Of a stretch of DNA of 32,000 bases, positions 20,505 to 28,383 are shown piece after piece. Source of the stretch: Fibrobacter succinogenes subsp. succinogenes S85 (GTDB taxonomy: Bacteria; Fibrobacterota; Fibrobacteria; Fibrobacterales; Fibrobacteraceae); assembly GCF_000146505.1 (NCBI RefSeq), contig NC_017448.1, positions 570,001 through 602,000 of the forward strand. Reading direction: 5' to 3'. Position numbers and translations under genes: made by a program. The notes beneath the pieces were generated by a model, which was given only the letters and a program-made list of their open reading frames with translations, searched no databases and was not told the DNA's origin. Positions within the stretch are counted from its first letter, which is position 1; the number at the start of each line of letters is the position of its first letter.

Positions 20505-21773
20505 CTACTTCAATGGTTCCTGCTTTGGAAGGTTTTCATCGCATTCACTCATATCAACATCAGGCAAATAATATCCATAAGAATATTCGCATCGGTAGCA
20601 CTTGCGCCCACTTTTTCCATAGCGATTTAACGTTTCTTTCGTACAAGCAAAGCCGACACCACTTTCGGCGGCACTAGCCTTAGTCCATCCAACAGAGCCG
20701 TCGTACATGCGCCCCCACTTGTAATAATCATCCGTACAATATGTTCCTTTAGTCAAGTGGCCCGGAAGCGTATCGCCCACAGAAGAGTTCAGAACAATCA
20801 TGTCCAAATCATAGCATCCATTTCTAGGAAGGGTCCACCCTAATGTATCGCAATACAGGAACTGCGTCTTGTTAGATTCGGTAGCCTTGATTTCATGATA
20901 GTTTTCCGCAGAGCAGTTTCCGAGATTATACTTCTTCTGCCAGATGTTATTCAAGTATTCCTTAACTTTGTATGCATCGGTTTTATAGCCGAATCCAGGC
21001 ACGAAATCATCGAACTTATCGCAACTTGAATTATGATTAAAATAATACGCATAGCTCCAATAAGTCGAGAACAGCGAATCCGTCAAAACATCTTCTTTCA
21101 ACAAGTCGTCTAGTCCACCCGACCTCCACACATAAGTTTCGTTAAGGACATTTACTCCCAACAAGTAGTAATTGTAGTCCCGCAACGTCGAAAGATTCAT
21201 CTTGCTAAAGTCTTCGTGCAGAGAATCGAGCAGGAACAAATCCGAAATTTCTTTTTGCAGCAAAGCCATCGACGAATCAAACGAAAGTCCACGATCAACA
21301 TAGTGCTTTAAACGTTTCGCCTGCATATGCGTCAAAAGGTTCACGCTTATCGAATCGCCTTTACGAACATCCGCATAAGCTTCTAGAACCTTCCAGTTGG
21401 TCATCGGTTCTGTTTCATTCGCATCATAGCAATTGGAATAGAAATTGCCATTCACTTCAAGGTAAACATAGGGCTGTGTAAGTTTGACATTCTCAAGGGA
21501 AAAATGCCCAGAATAATCATCCACAAAACCATGGTACGCCACACCTGTTTGCGAAAGCGTGCTATCGACTTCACGCAAAACAACCTCAGTCATCGAATAA
21601 CCACGCGTTCGATCAACATAACCGACGATGTTATGCGTCGTTTCCTTGGAATTTTCAATTTGCGGGAAATTACTCGAAGTTAAATTATCATCGGAGCAAG
21701 AGCATAACAAAGCGTTCACGCCAAAAACAGATACAATTATGGGGATTAATTTATTTTTTGCAGAAAAAATCAT
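20505..21773 (-). CDS. Cys-rich lipoprotein, unknown function
   Basis: The signal peptide MIFSAKNKLIPIIVSVFGVNALLCSC has a lipobox-like LLCS. Collinear similarity to the next ORF includes VVLREVDSTLSQTG vs VTLYELDSSASWTG, FSLENVKLTQ vs FKFENLKLQS, and GFACT vs GFACV. Confidence 0.7.
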   Translation of the reverse strand: MIFSAKNKLIPIIVSVFGVNALLCSCSDDNLTSSNFPQIENSKETTHNIVGYVDRTRGYSMTEVVLREVDSTLSQTGVAYHGFVDDYSGHFSLENVKLTQPYVYLEVNGNFYSNCYDANETEPMTNWKVLEAYADVRKGDSISVNLLTHMQAKRLKHYVDRGLSFDSSMALLQKEISDLFLLDSLHEDFSKMNLSTLRDYNYYLLGVNVLNETYVWRSGGLDDLLKEDVLTDSLFSTYWSYAYYFNHNSSCDKFDDFVPGFGYKTDAYKVKEYLNNIWQKKYNLGNCSAENYHEIKATESNKTQFLYCDTLGWTLPRNGCYDLDMIVLNSSVGDTLPGHLTKGTYCTDDYYKWGRMYDGSVGWTKASAAESGVGFACTKETLNRYGKSGRKCYRCEYSYGYYLPDVDMSECDENLPKQEPLK

Positions 21774-21840
21774 ATTTCCAACTCACTTCTTATAAAATCA
21801 ATAATAAAAAATTTGGTATTAAAAACAAGATAAAAAGTGC

Positions 21841-21870
21841 ATAAAAAGAAAGGCGCCCCGAAGGACGCCC
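21841..21870 (-). terminator. Strong minus-strand intrinsic terminator (GGCGUCC-UUCG-GGGCGCC followed by UUUCUUUUUAU)
   Basis: On the minus strand it forms a 7-bp stem with one G-U pair, a UUCG tetraloop and a U-tract. On the plus strand the same position is a C-A mismatch and there is no T-tract, so the element is strand-specific. Confidence 0.7.
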
Positions 21871-21997
21871 AGAACTGTTTTAGTTAAAAGATTTAGCACA
21901 GCGAAGCTACAATCTGCAACCCTCAAGGAAGGGTAGTAAACCAAAGCAGCTCGTTTCGGAATAAAACTCGGCTCAAAAGCCCTCGCTTCAATCCCTA
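21841..21997 (-). ncRNA. Candidate ~155-nt structured RNA (independent sRNA or 5' leader/attenuator of the lipoprotein operon)
   Basis: It is bounded by a sigma70-like promoter (22004-22032) and the terminator at 21841-21870. The minus-strand segment contains no ATG. Its 5' and 3' ends can pair (GUUUUUAG with CUAAAAC, GAUU with AAUC, AGCGAGG with CUUCGCU). Internal hairpins include ACCCU-UCCUUG-AGGGU. No known family was recognised. Confidence 0.35.
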
Positions 21998-22003
21998 AAA
22001 ACA

Positions 22004-22032
22004 AATGTATTAAAAATTTAAGAAAATGGCAA
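22004..22032 (-). promoter_or_regulatory. Sigma70-like promoter TTGCCA-17 nt-TACATT on the minus strand
   Basis: The -35 is the reverse complement of 22027-22032 and the -10 is the reverse complement of 22004-22009, with an exact 17-nt spacer. Confidence 0.4.
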
Positions 22033-22121
22033 GATGTTTGATAGTACAACTTGGAATGGTGCCAGAACCTGTAATCGGGGTCACATTGCCTAAAATTCCA
22101 TTTTTTAGTAAATTTTAACGC

Positions 22122-23441
22122 ATGAAATCAGTACCTATAACGCTCCTGACCGGTTACCTGGGAGCCGGCAAAACAACTCTCCTCAACTACGTTCTCAACA
22201 ATCAGCAGGGCTACCACGTCGCCGTCATCGTAAATGACATTGGCGAAGTGAACATCGACCAGACTTTAATTGAAAAGGGCGGAAACATCACGAAGGAAGA
22301 TTCGGGCAAGGTTGTCCCGCTTTCGAATGGTTGTATCTGCTGTTCGCTCAAGACCGACTTGATCGAACAAATCGCCGAACTTTTGGAAATGGGCAAGTTC
22401 GACTACATTCTCATCGAAGCTAGCGGCATCTGCGAGCCGATTCCTATAGCCCAGACCATTAGCTTTGCAGGTAGCCAGCTCCGCAGCAAAGACGGCAGAC
22501 CTCTCCCCTGCCATTTGGACAACATCGTGGCAGTCGTTGACGTGCTCCGCCTCGCAGACGAATTTGCCGGTGGCGAAAAGCTCCTCGAAGAAGACCTCGA
22601 AGAAGAAGATATCGCAAACTTGCTCATCCAGCAGATTGAATTCTGCAACACGATTATCATGAACAAGGTCGACGCTCTCAGCAAGCACGACTTGGAACAC
22701 GTGAAGGCAGTCGTGAAGGCTTTGCAGCCGACAGCCAAGATGATCGAGACGAACTACGGCAAGGTCGACATGAAGGACATTCTCGACACGAAGCAGTTCG
22801 ACTTCAACAAAGTTGCCGAATCGAGCACTTGGGCAATCAAGCTCAACGAAGAAGGTCACGACAACGATGACGATGATGATGACGATCATGACGAACATGA
22901 ACATCACCACCACGACCATGACGATGACCACGATGAGCATGAGCACCATCATCACGACCATGATGAACACGAACATCACCATGACCACGACGATGAAGAC
23001 CACAGCCATTGCGACCATGAACATGGTGTTTGCCACTGCGGCCACCACCACGACAAGGACCATCCGCATGGTGACGAATACGGCATCAGCACGTTCGTGT
23101 TCGAAGACCACCGTCCGCTGAACCGCGAAAAGTTCGAAGCATTCCTCGATGACTATCCAACGAGCATCATCCGCACGAAGGGTCTCCTCTGGTTCAGCGA
23201 CGAACGCAGTGAAAGCTACTTGTTCGAACAGGCAGGCAAGCAGGCCTCCGCCCAGAATTTTGGACGTTGGTTCGCCGCCGAAAGCAAGGCCGAACAACAG
23301 CGCATTCTCGAAGAAAATCCGCAGCTCCAGAAAATTTGGGACGAAAAGTACGGCGACCGCATCATCCGCCTGGTATTCATTGGCCAGCACATGGACAAGA
23401 AAAAGATTATCCAGGTGATGAAGGACTGCTTGGACGACTAA
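22122..23441 (+). CDS. COG0523-family (CobW/ZigA/YeiR-like) metallochaperone GTPase with a long His/Asp-rich insert
   Basis: It has P-loop GYLGAGKTTLLN, the metal-binding motif GCICCS, NKVD, and a CobW C-terminal-like region. Confidence 0.85.
   Translation: MKSVPITLLTGYLGAGKTTLLNYVLNNQQGYHVAVIVNDIGEVNIDQTLIEKGGNITKEDSGKVVPLSNGCICCSLKTDLIEQIAELLEMGKFDYILIEASGICEPIPIAQTISFAGSQLRSKDGRPLPCHLDNIVAVVDVLRLADEFAGGEKLLEEDLEEEDIANLLIQQIEFCNTIIMNKVDALSKHDLEHVKAVVKALQPTAKMIETNYGKVDMKDILDTKQFDFNKVAESSTWAIKLNEEGHDNDDDDDDDHDEHEHHHHDHDDDHDEHEHHHHDHDEHEHHHDHDDEDHSHCDHEHGVCHCGHHHDKDHPHGDEYGISTFVFEDHRPLNREKFEAFLDDYPTSIIRTKGLLWFSDERSESYLFEQAGKQASAQNFGRWFAAESKAEQQRILEENPQLQKIWDEKYGDRIIRLVFIGQHMDKKKIIQVMKDCLDD
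22857..23075 (+). repeat. Low-complexity His/Asp/Glu-coding tract with internal near-repeats (HDEHEHHHHDHD three times)
   Basis: About aa 246-318 of the GTPase read HDNDDDDDDDHDEHEHHHHDHDDDHDEHEHHHHDHDEHEHHHDHDDEDHSHCDHEHGVCHCGHHHDKDHPHGD. Confidence 0.9.
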
Positions 23442-23443
23442 TT

Positions 23444-23478
23444 ATTGGTCAATAGTCATTGGTCATTAGTTATTAGAA
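23444..23478. repeat. Degenerate heptanucleotide tandem repeat, 5 units (ATTGGTC AATAGTC ATTGGTC ATTAGTT ATTAGAA)
   Basis: Read directly from the sequence. It starts 3 nt after the TAA stop of the GTPase gene (23439-23441). Confidence 0.8.
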
Positions 23479-23488
23479 TGTAAGACGC

Positions 23489-23522
23489 GAATCCCTGCGA
23501 CCGAAGTCGCGGGGATTTTTTC
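23489..23522. terminator. Bidirectional intrinsic terminator between the convergent GTPase gene and rmuC
   Basis: ATCCCTGCGAC-CGAA-GTCGCGGGGAT forms an 11-bp stem with one G-U pair, followed by TTTTTT on the plus strand. Confidence 0.8.
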
Positions 23523-23540
23523 ACCAACGGAGTTAAGCAG

Positions 23541-24989
23541 TTACATTTCTTCGATTTCTTGCATTTCAATAGCATCAACGTCTGGCGGGAGCGGATTTTT
23601 GGAGTCTTGTTTTGCACCAAGACGTTCCAGCTTGCGGCAGGACTGTACAATGCTTTGGCCCTTATCGTCAAGTTTTGCCATTCCCTTATTGTAGGCCTCC
23701 TGAGCCTTACCGAGAGCGGCACCGATTTCATCCATGTTTTTTACGAAAATGCCCACGCGCTTGAGCACTTCGTTCGCAAGTTCAAAGACCTTTTGCTGGT
23801 TTTGAGCCTGTTGCACTTGGCGCCAGGTCATTTTCACCATACGAAGCATCGCGTAAAGGGATTGTTCATCGGCGATGTAGACATTTTTTTCAAAAGCATC
23901 ACGCCATAACGCATGATCTTCGGCAAGAGCTGTCCAAAGGGCTGCCGCTCGCGGCACAAACATCACGACAAAGTCCATTGTCTTCTTGGGAGCCTTGACA
24001 TAGCTCGAATAATCCTTTACCGAGAGTTCATTTACGTGTTTGCGGAGGCTTTCGATATGCTTTTTCAAGAGAACTTTGCGCTCGTCAGGATTTTCTGCCT
24101 GCATATAGTCCATAAATGCAGCCATAGAAACTTTCGAATCAACGACAACTTCTTTGTACGGGTCCAAATGCACAATCACATCCGGGCGCAACATTGCATT
24201 ATTCCCTTCAGCACGCACAACGTTACCGTTGGCATCACGGAGTGTTGCCTGCACATCAAAATGTTTCCCTTCCTCAAGACCAAGTGATTCCAGGACTTCT
24301 TCAAGAACGCGTTCTCCCCAATCGCCCTGAATTTTGCTATCGTGCTTAAACGCACGCACAAGTTCATTAGCAGCATTCTTGGTTTTGTCATTGGCATCAA
24401 TGGACTGTTTCAAGACTTCCTTGAGTGAAGAATTCGCTTCGGTCTGTGCGCGGGTCGTGTCGTTCATGGTCTTTTCCATCTTGGCGATGGTTTCCTTGAG
24501 CGGGCTTACAAGCTGTTCCATGGTCGCATGACCGGATTCCGAGATCTGCTTTTCGCGCTGTTTAAGCATTTCTTCAGTAGAGTTCTTTGCTTGGGCATAT
24601 AAGCGCTGCGACATTTCCGTAAAACGAGCATTTTGCTCATTTAGCGAAGATTGATGCACTCGTTCCATATCCAGCTTCATACTTTCTAGGCGCTTGGCAC
24701 TCGCCTCTTTTTCATCGGCTAGAGACTTGGCAGCGGCGGCGCGCTCGTCAGCAATCCGCTTTTCAGCATCGGCTTTTACCATTTCAAGCTGTTTTTCGGT
24801 ATTTTCTTTAAGTTCTGCGTTTTTAACAGTTTCTGTCGCGAGCTGGCTACGCAGCACAGCGACTTCCTTTTCCATTTCAACATTCGCCTGACGCGCAGCG
24901 GCTTCGCGCTGCGAGTTTCCATTACGGGCAAACAAGACGCCGATTACAATTCCGAGGACAGCGCAAATAATGGCTACGGCTATGGTCAT
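23541..24989 (-). CDS. rmuC: DNA recombination protein RmuC
   Basis: 482 aa. It has an N-terminal TM anchor (MTIAVAIICAVLGIVIGVLF), a long coiled-coil, then an RmuC-type C-terminal region (GDWGERVLEEVLE...RPDVIVHLP-like...VDSKVSM...FVVMFVP). Confidence 0.85.
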   Translation of the reverse strand: MTIAVAIICAVLGIVIGVLFARNGNSQREAAARQANVEMEKEVAVLRSQLATETVKNAELKENTEKQLEMVKADAEKRIADERAAAAKSLADEKEASAKRLESMKLDMERVHQSSLNEQNARFTEMSQRLYAQAKNSTEEMLKQREKQISESGHATMEQLVSPLKETIAKMEKTMNDTTRAQTEANSSLKEVLKQSIDANDKTKNAANELVRAFKHDSKIQGDWGERVLEEVLESLGLEEGKHFDVQATLRDANGNVVRAEGNNAMLRPDVIVHLDPYKEVVVDSKVSMAAFMDYMQAENPDERKVLLKKHIESLRKHVNELSVKDYSSYVKAPKKTMDFVVMFVPRAAALWTALAEDHALWRDAFEKNVYIADEQSLYAMLRMVKMTWRQVQQAQNQQKVFELANEVLKRVGIFVKNMDEIGAALGKAQEAYNKGMAKLDDKGQSIVQSCRKLERLGAKQDSKNPLPPDVDAIEMQEIEEM

Positions 24990-25037
24990 GAAGATACTCC
25001 TTTTAACGTTTTATCAATATATCGCTATTTAAATGAA

Positions 25038-25080
25038 AAATGTCAAGTGTTTTTCAAGAAATAATGGATCCTACGCTCAA
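25038..25080 (-). promoter_or_regulatory. Repeat copy A / rmuC promoter module (minus strand: ..TCCATTATTTCTTGAAA..TTGACATTT)
   Basis: It shares the blocks AAATGTCAA, TTTCAAGAAATAATGGA, CC and TACGCT with 30504-30552. The minus-strand TTGACA (reverse complement of 25041-25046) lies exactly 51 nt before the rmuC ATG, and CGATA follows at spacer positions 17-21. Confidence 0.55.
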
Positions 25081-27389
25081 CTGGCGAGATCCTTGACCTT
25101 GTCCCAGAGCTTGGCGCCAGCATTTTTCACAGACTTGAGACTTTTGCGAGCCTTTCCAAAAAAACTGTAATTATCAAGTTCGTCTTGCGCGGATTCATTG
25201 CCGACGTTTTCAGCGACATTCACAGGCTTGTCGCCTTCATTGTTTTCGACAGACGGATCAGCGCCGGCATCAACAAGCATTTTGACGATACGACCATTCG
25301 CATAACGCGCTGCAATATGGAGCGGACGGTTCCCATAAGCATCAACTCGGTTGACATTCGCATTTTTCTTGATCAAGAAAGCCACCAAATCCGTTCTGTT
25401 CCGCTGGATGGCGTAAGCAAGCGGCGTTTCGCCCGCATTGTCCATCGCATCCACTTTCGCGCCCTGCGAAAGGAGAACGTTCATCCACATCGCCCCATTC
25501 TGCATGCTCAAGGCGCGATGCATCAGCGTTTTTCCATTTGCAAAGACTCGATTCGCCGAGCCCACATCGTTTGCAAGCAAGAACTGCAACGATTCCTTTT
25601 TCTGGCCCATAAGAGCCTTTTCAACAGGCGCCATGCTTTTATATGGGAGCATCATATTGGCGCCCTTTGACTTCAGGAATTTCAGGGAGGACACGTCATT
25701 ATTTTCTACAGCATAATGAATCGCTGCACAACCAGTGTATTTCGACACATAATTGATATTCGCGCCCAACTGCAAATAGGACTTTGCCAGGTCCAAATTA
25801 CGATGTTTTACAGCAGCCACAAAAAGGCTATCTCTATAGGTATAGTCAAACAGGTATTTCGAGGTTTTGTTGTGGACAAAGGTCATGGGAGTCTGCGCAG
25901 AAGAGTTCTTATCATACACGGAAAGCCCAAACGACATCAGCTTTTGAGCGATCGCAAGATCGTTCTTCTTGACAGCCACGAAAAGTGCTGTTTCGCCCAA
26001 ACGGTTCCTGGCGTGAATATCCGCACCCAATTTCTGCAATTCCGTAAACATCGTAAGATTGCGTGCAACCGCATAATGAATAAGCGGGACGCCATTTTCG
26101 TCCTTATCATTGACGCTTGCGCCATACCCAACAACTTCTTTCAGCAAATCAATATTACCCTTCTTGACAGCATCGAAAATCAACTGATTTTTGAGCCTGT
26201 AATGGTTCAAGAACTTTTTGTTCACCGCATTCTTCGTCAATTTTTCAGCAAGCACACCTGCATTATCCGGAGTATTCACGTCAAGACCAAGCGCAATGAG
26301 GTGTTTGAGCACAGGCACATTTCCGTTCACAGCTGCATAATGGAGCAAAGTATTGCCTTTTTCATCCGTGTAATGCAAGTCTGCGCCATTTCTATACGCA
26401 AGCTTTGCATCAAGCGCAGCAATATTCCCCGCCTTGATGGCGTTCTGGATTTGCTCCACCTTGGTATACGCATCCTGAAGCACAAGCAAACTCTGCTGCG
26501 TCTTGGCATAATTCTTCAAATGCTCATAGTTTTCCTGAATCCATTCATGCGGACGCGCCTGGACAAAAGGTTTCGCATAATAAGAGCATCCCGATTCAAG
26601 CGCAAGCTCCAACGGGGTACGCCCCATATTATCGGTCAACCGCTCATCAGCGCCATGATGCAACAACGTATCAATCAGCTCCGCAGAGCCAATCCTTACT
26701 GCATAATGCAAAGGCGCATCACCAACTGAGTCCTTGCTATTGACAAAGACTCCGTTATTCAACAAATCCGCAACGTACTTGGCGTCGCCCACGGCACAAG
26801 CGGAGAATAGCTTTTCCATTTTACGCTTAGGGTCTTTCGGAATGTAGCCGTTATCGTACAAGACAAAATAAGCCACAGAAATCAAAAGCGCAGCACCAAT
26901 CAACGTAAAAAGCAAGCCCCAAAGTCTTACTCGACGGGCTTTTACCAAAGCAACCTGCGAATACATCGCTGTTTCACGCGCTCTCTGTTGCGTTGAATCG
27001 CGCTCACGCTGCAGAGTTGTAATCTGCTGAGTCAACCCGACAAGAGTCCCCTCCAAAGTCGGCACAACAACATTCTTGACAAGCCCCAATGCATACGCAT
27101 ACGAGTCAATCACATAATCGCTCATCACGCGATCAAGCCTGGAATTTTCGGCAAAAAACTGTTTCTGCTTGCGAATACAGAGGTTCAGGTCACTGCGATT
27201 GCTTGCAAAACCGAGCATAGAACTCCCCACGCCCAGCTGCTCCGCAAGCACTATTGACGAACGGTATTCATAAAACGACTCGCCAAGTTCATCAGCAAGC
27301 AACCCCCGCAATCTATGATCGCAGACAATGTCGTTACCATAAGTATTGACAAGCTGACGCATGATAATATGTAAGGGGCGCTTATTCAT
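25077..27389 (-). CDS. Membrane-anchored ankyrin-repeat protein (N-terminal ~110-aa unknown domain, coiled-coil, one TM, then at least 12 ANK repeats)
   Basis: The TM helix is LWGLLFTLIGAALLISVAYFVLY. There are many ANK consensus units (GDAPLHYAVRIGSAELIDTLLHHGAD, GNTLLHYAAVNGNVPVLKHLIALGLDVN, GETPLAYAIQRNRTDLVAFLIKKNANVN, GNRPLHIAARYANGRIVKMLVDAGADP). The ATG directly abuts the upstream TAA (TAAATG). Confidence 0.85.
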   Translation of the reverse strand: MNKRPLHIIMRQLVNTYGNDIVCDHRLRGLLADELGESFYEYRSSIVLAEQLGVGSSMLGFASNRSDLNLCIRKQKQFFAENSRLDRVMSDYVIDSYAYALGLVKNVVVPTLEGTLVGLTQQITTLQRERDSTQQRARETAMYSQVALVKARRVRLWGLLFTLIGAALLISVAYFVLYDNGYIPKDPKRKMEKLFSACAVGDAKYVADLLNNGVFVNSKDSVGDAPLHYAVRIGSAELIDTLLHHGADERLTDNMGRTPLELALESGCSYYAKPFVQARPHEWIQENYEHLKNYAKTQQSLLVLQDAYTKVEQIQNAIKAGNIAALDAKLAYRNGADLHYTDEKGNTLLHYAAVNGNVPVLKHLIALGLDVNTPDNAGVLAEKLTKNAVNKKFLNHYRLKNQLIFDAVKKGNIDLLKEVVGYGASVNDKDENGVPLIHYAVARNLTMFTELQKLGADIHARNRLGETALFVAVKKNDLAIAQKLMSFGLSVYDKNSSAQTPMTFVHNKTSKYLFDYTYRDSLFVAAVKHRNLDLAKSYLQLGANINYVSKYTGCAAIHYAVENNDVSSLKFLKSKGANMMLPYKSMAPVEKALMGQKKESLQFLLANDVGSANRVFANGKTLMHRALSMQNGAMWMNVLLSQGAKVDAMDNAGETPLAYAIQRNRTDLVAFLIKKNANVNRVDAYGNRPLHIAARYANGRIVKMLVDAGADPSVENNEGDKPVNVAENVGNESAQDELDNYSFFGKARKSLKSVKNAGAKLWDKVKDLAS

Positions 27390-28367
27390 TTACTGTTCGT
27401 TTCCTTTTTTGTTGATGATCCCGGCAAGGCTCATGTCGTCCTTGCTGCCGTGCAAGCTCATATCGCTGAAGCCTTCGTCCATACGGGCGACCGCCTGCTC
27501 TTTACCAATATCTAAATACATTTGCAAAAGCCGCATATAGAACCGGTTCAGACATTCAGGAGCTACATCGTAATCGCCTACAGAATCCTCGATTCCATCG
27601 CTACACGCAAATACCGCAAACGGGAAATGCCCTGTACCGTCAAATGCGTAGCGGAACGAGTCCGCGGGATTCTTATCGCAAAGCGATGTCGTGTAGTTCA
27701 AGAAACACGTTGAATCCCACGGCACTGGCGGAGTCCAGTTTTCATAAGGCTCGGCGCTATCGTTCAGGCAAAGCAGTCTGCCATCGCCCACGTGAATCGC
27801 AAGCCAGCCCCACCGCGTCTGCACATAAGCCATCAGCGTTGAGCCATAAGCCTTCACCAAGTCGTTTTTGCCCAAGAGTTCCTTCTCAGCATCGGTCAGC
27901 GGGTTTTCTTGGGCGTCCTGCTGGATGGCGGCAACCCACTTTTCGCAAATTCGACGGCACACATCGCGGATTAGCTTTTCTTGCGGCTGGATATTCCCAA
28001 TCTGTTGCTGATACAGCATTGCTTGCTCTTCGCGAAGCTTCGCTGTTTCGGATTTTTCCTCCGATTTTTCAGTCCAACAGGAATCCCCCACATCCGTGCG
28101 GGCTGTCACCGCCCCCGTCCGATTTCCAAGGAACTTGCGAGCATCTTCGGATTGCATGAACTGCATCAGTTCATCCTTTGCAATCCCAGCCGCAAGCCTT
28201 GCCCCAACATCACTCCGGACGTAAGACGGTGAACCATGCCCATCGCATACCACGATCAACTGGATTTCGCCATCATTATATTCTAGCGAAAAGTCCTGGC
28301 ACGGGATATTTGCAGGCAAATGCTTCGCCCCGACTTTGCTCACCGCAAACGTTTCAGCATTTTGCAT
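27390..28367 (-). CDS. PP2C-family Ser/Thr phosphatase (TerY-triad type)
   Basis: I trimmed the start to ATG 28367, with GGAG upstream and 16 nt after the vWA stop (the ORF track starts at 28496, overlapping the vWA gene). Motifs are SKVGAKHLPANIPCQDF, VVCDGHGS and ACSDGIED. Confidence 0.8.
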   Translation of the reverse strand: MQNAETFAVSKVGAKHLPANIPCQDFSLEYNDGEIQLIVVCDGHGSPSYVRSDVGARLAAGIAKDELMQFMQSEDARKFLGNRTGAVTARTDVGDSCWTEKSEEKSETAKLREEQAMLYQQQIGNIQPQEKLIRDVCRRICEKWVAAIQQDAQENPLTDAEKELLGKNDLVKAYGSTLMAYVQTRWGWLAIHVGDGRLLCLNDSAEPYENWTPPVPWDSTCFLNYTTSLCDKNPADSFRYAFDGTGHFPFAVFACSDGIEDSVGDYDVAPECLNRFYMRLLQMYLDIGKEQAVARMDEGFSDMSLHGSKDDMSLAGIINKKGNEQ

Positions 28368-28383
28368 ACACACCTCAGACTCC

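Noticed and set aside
21819-22049. The 76-aa minus-strand ORF (MYYQTSCHFLKF...).
   Set aside because: It runs through the predicted promoter, the ATG-free structured segment and the terminator hairpin. It has no RBS. A non-coding interpretation fits better.
22026-22118. A 30-codon plus-strand mini-ORF (MARCLIVQLGMVPEPVIGVTLPKIPFFSKF) ending 3 nt before the COG0523 GTPase ATG, considered as a possible leader peptide.
   Set aside because: It has no SD and no metal-related or regulatory codon bias. It also overlaps the better-supported minus-strand promoter. It is probably chance.
22033-22121. A cobalamin riboswitch or Zur box upstream of the CobW-like gene.
   Set aside because: No B12-box-like sequence or AT-rich Zur-type palindrome was seen. 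There is only a 6-bp TGGAAT...ATTCCA inverted pair about 40 nt apart.
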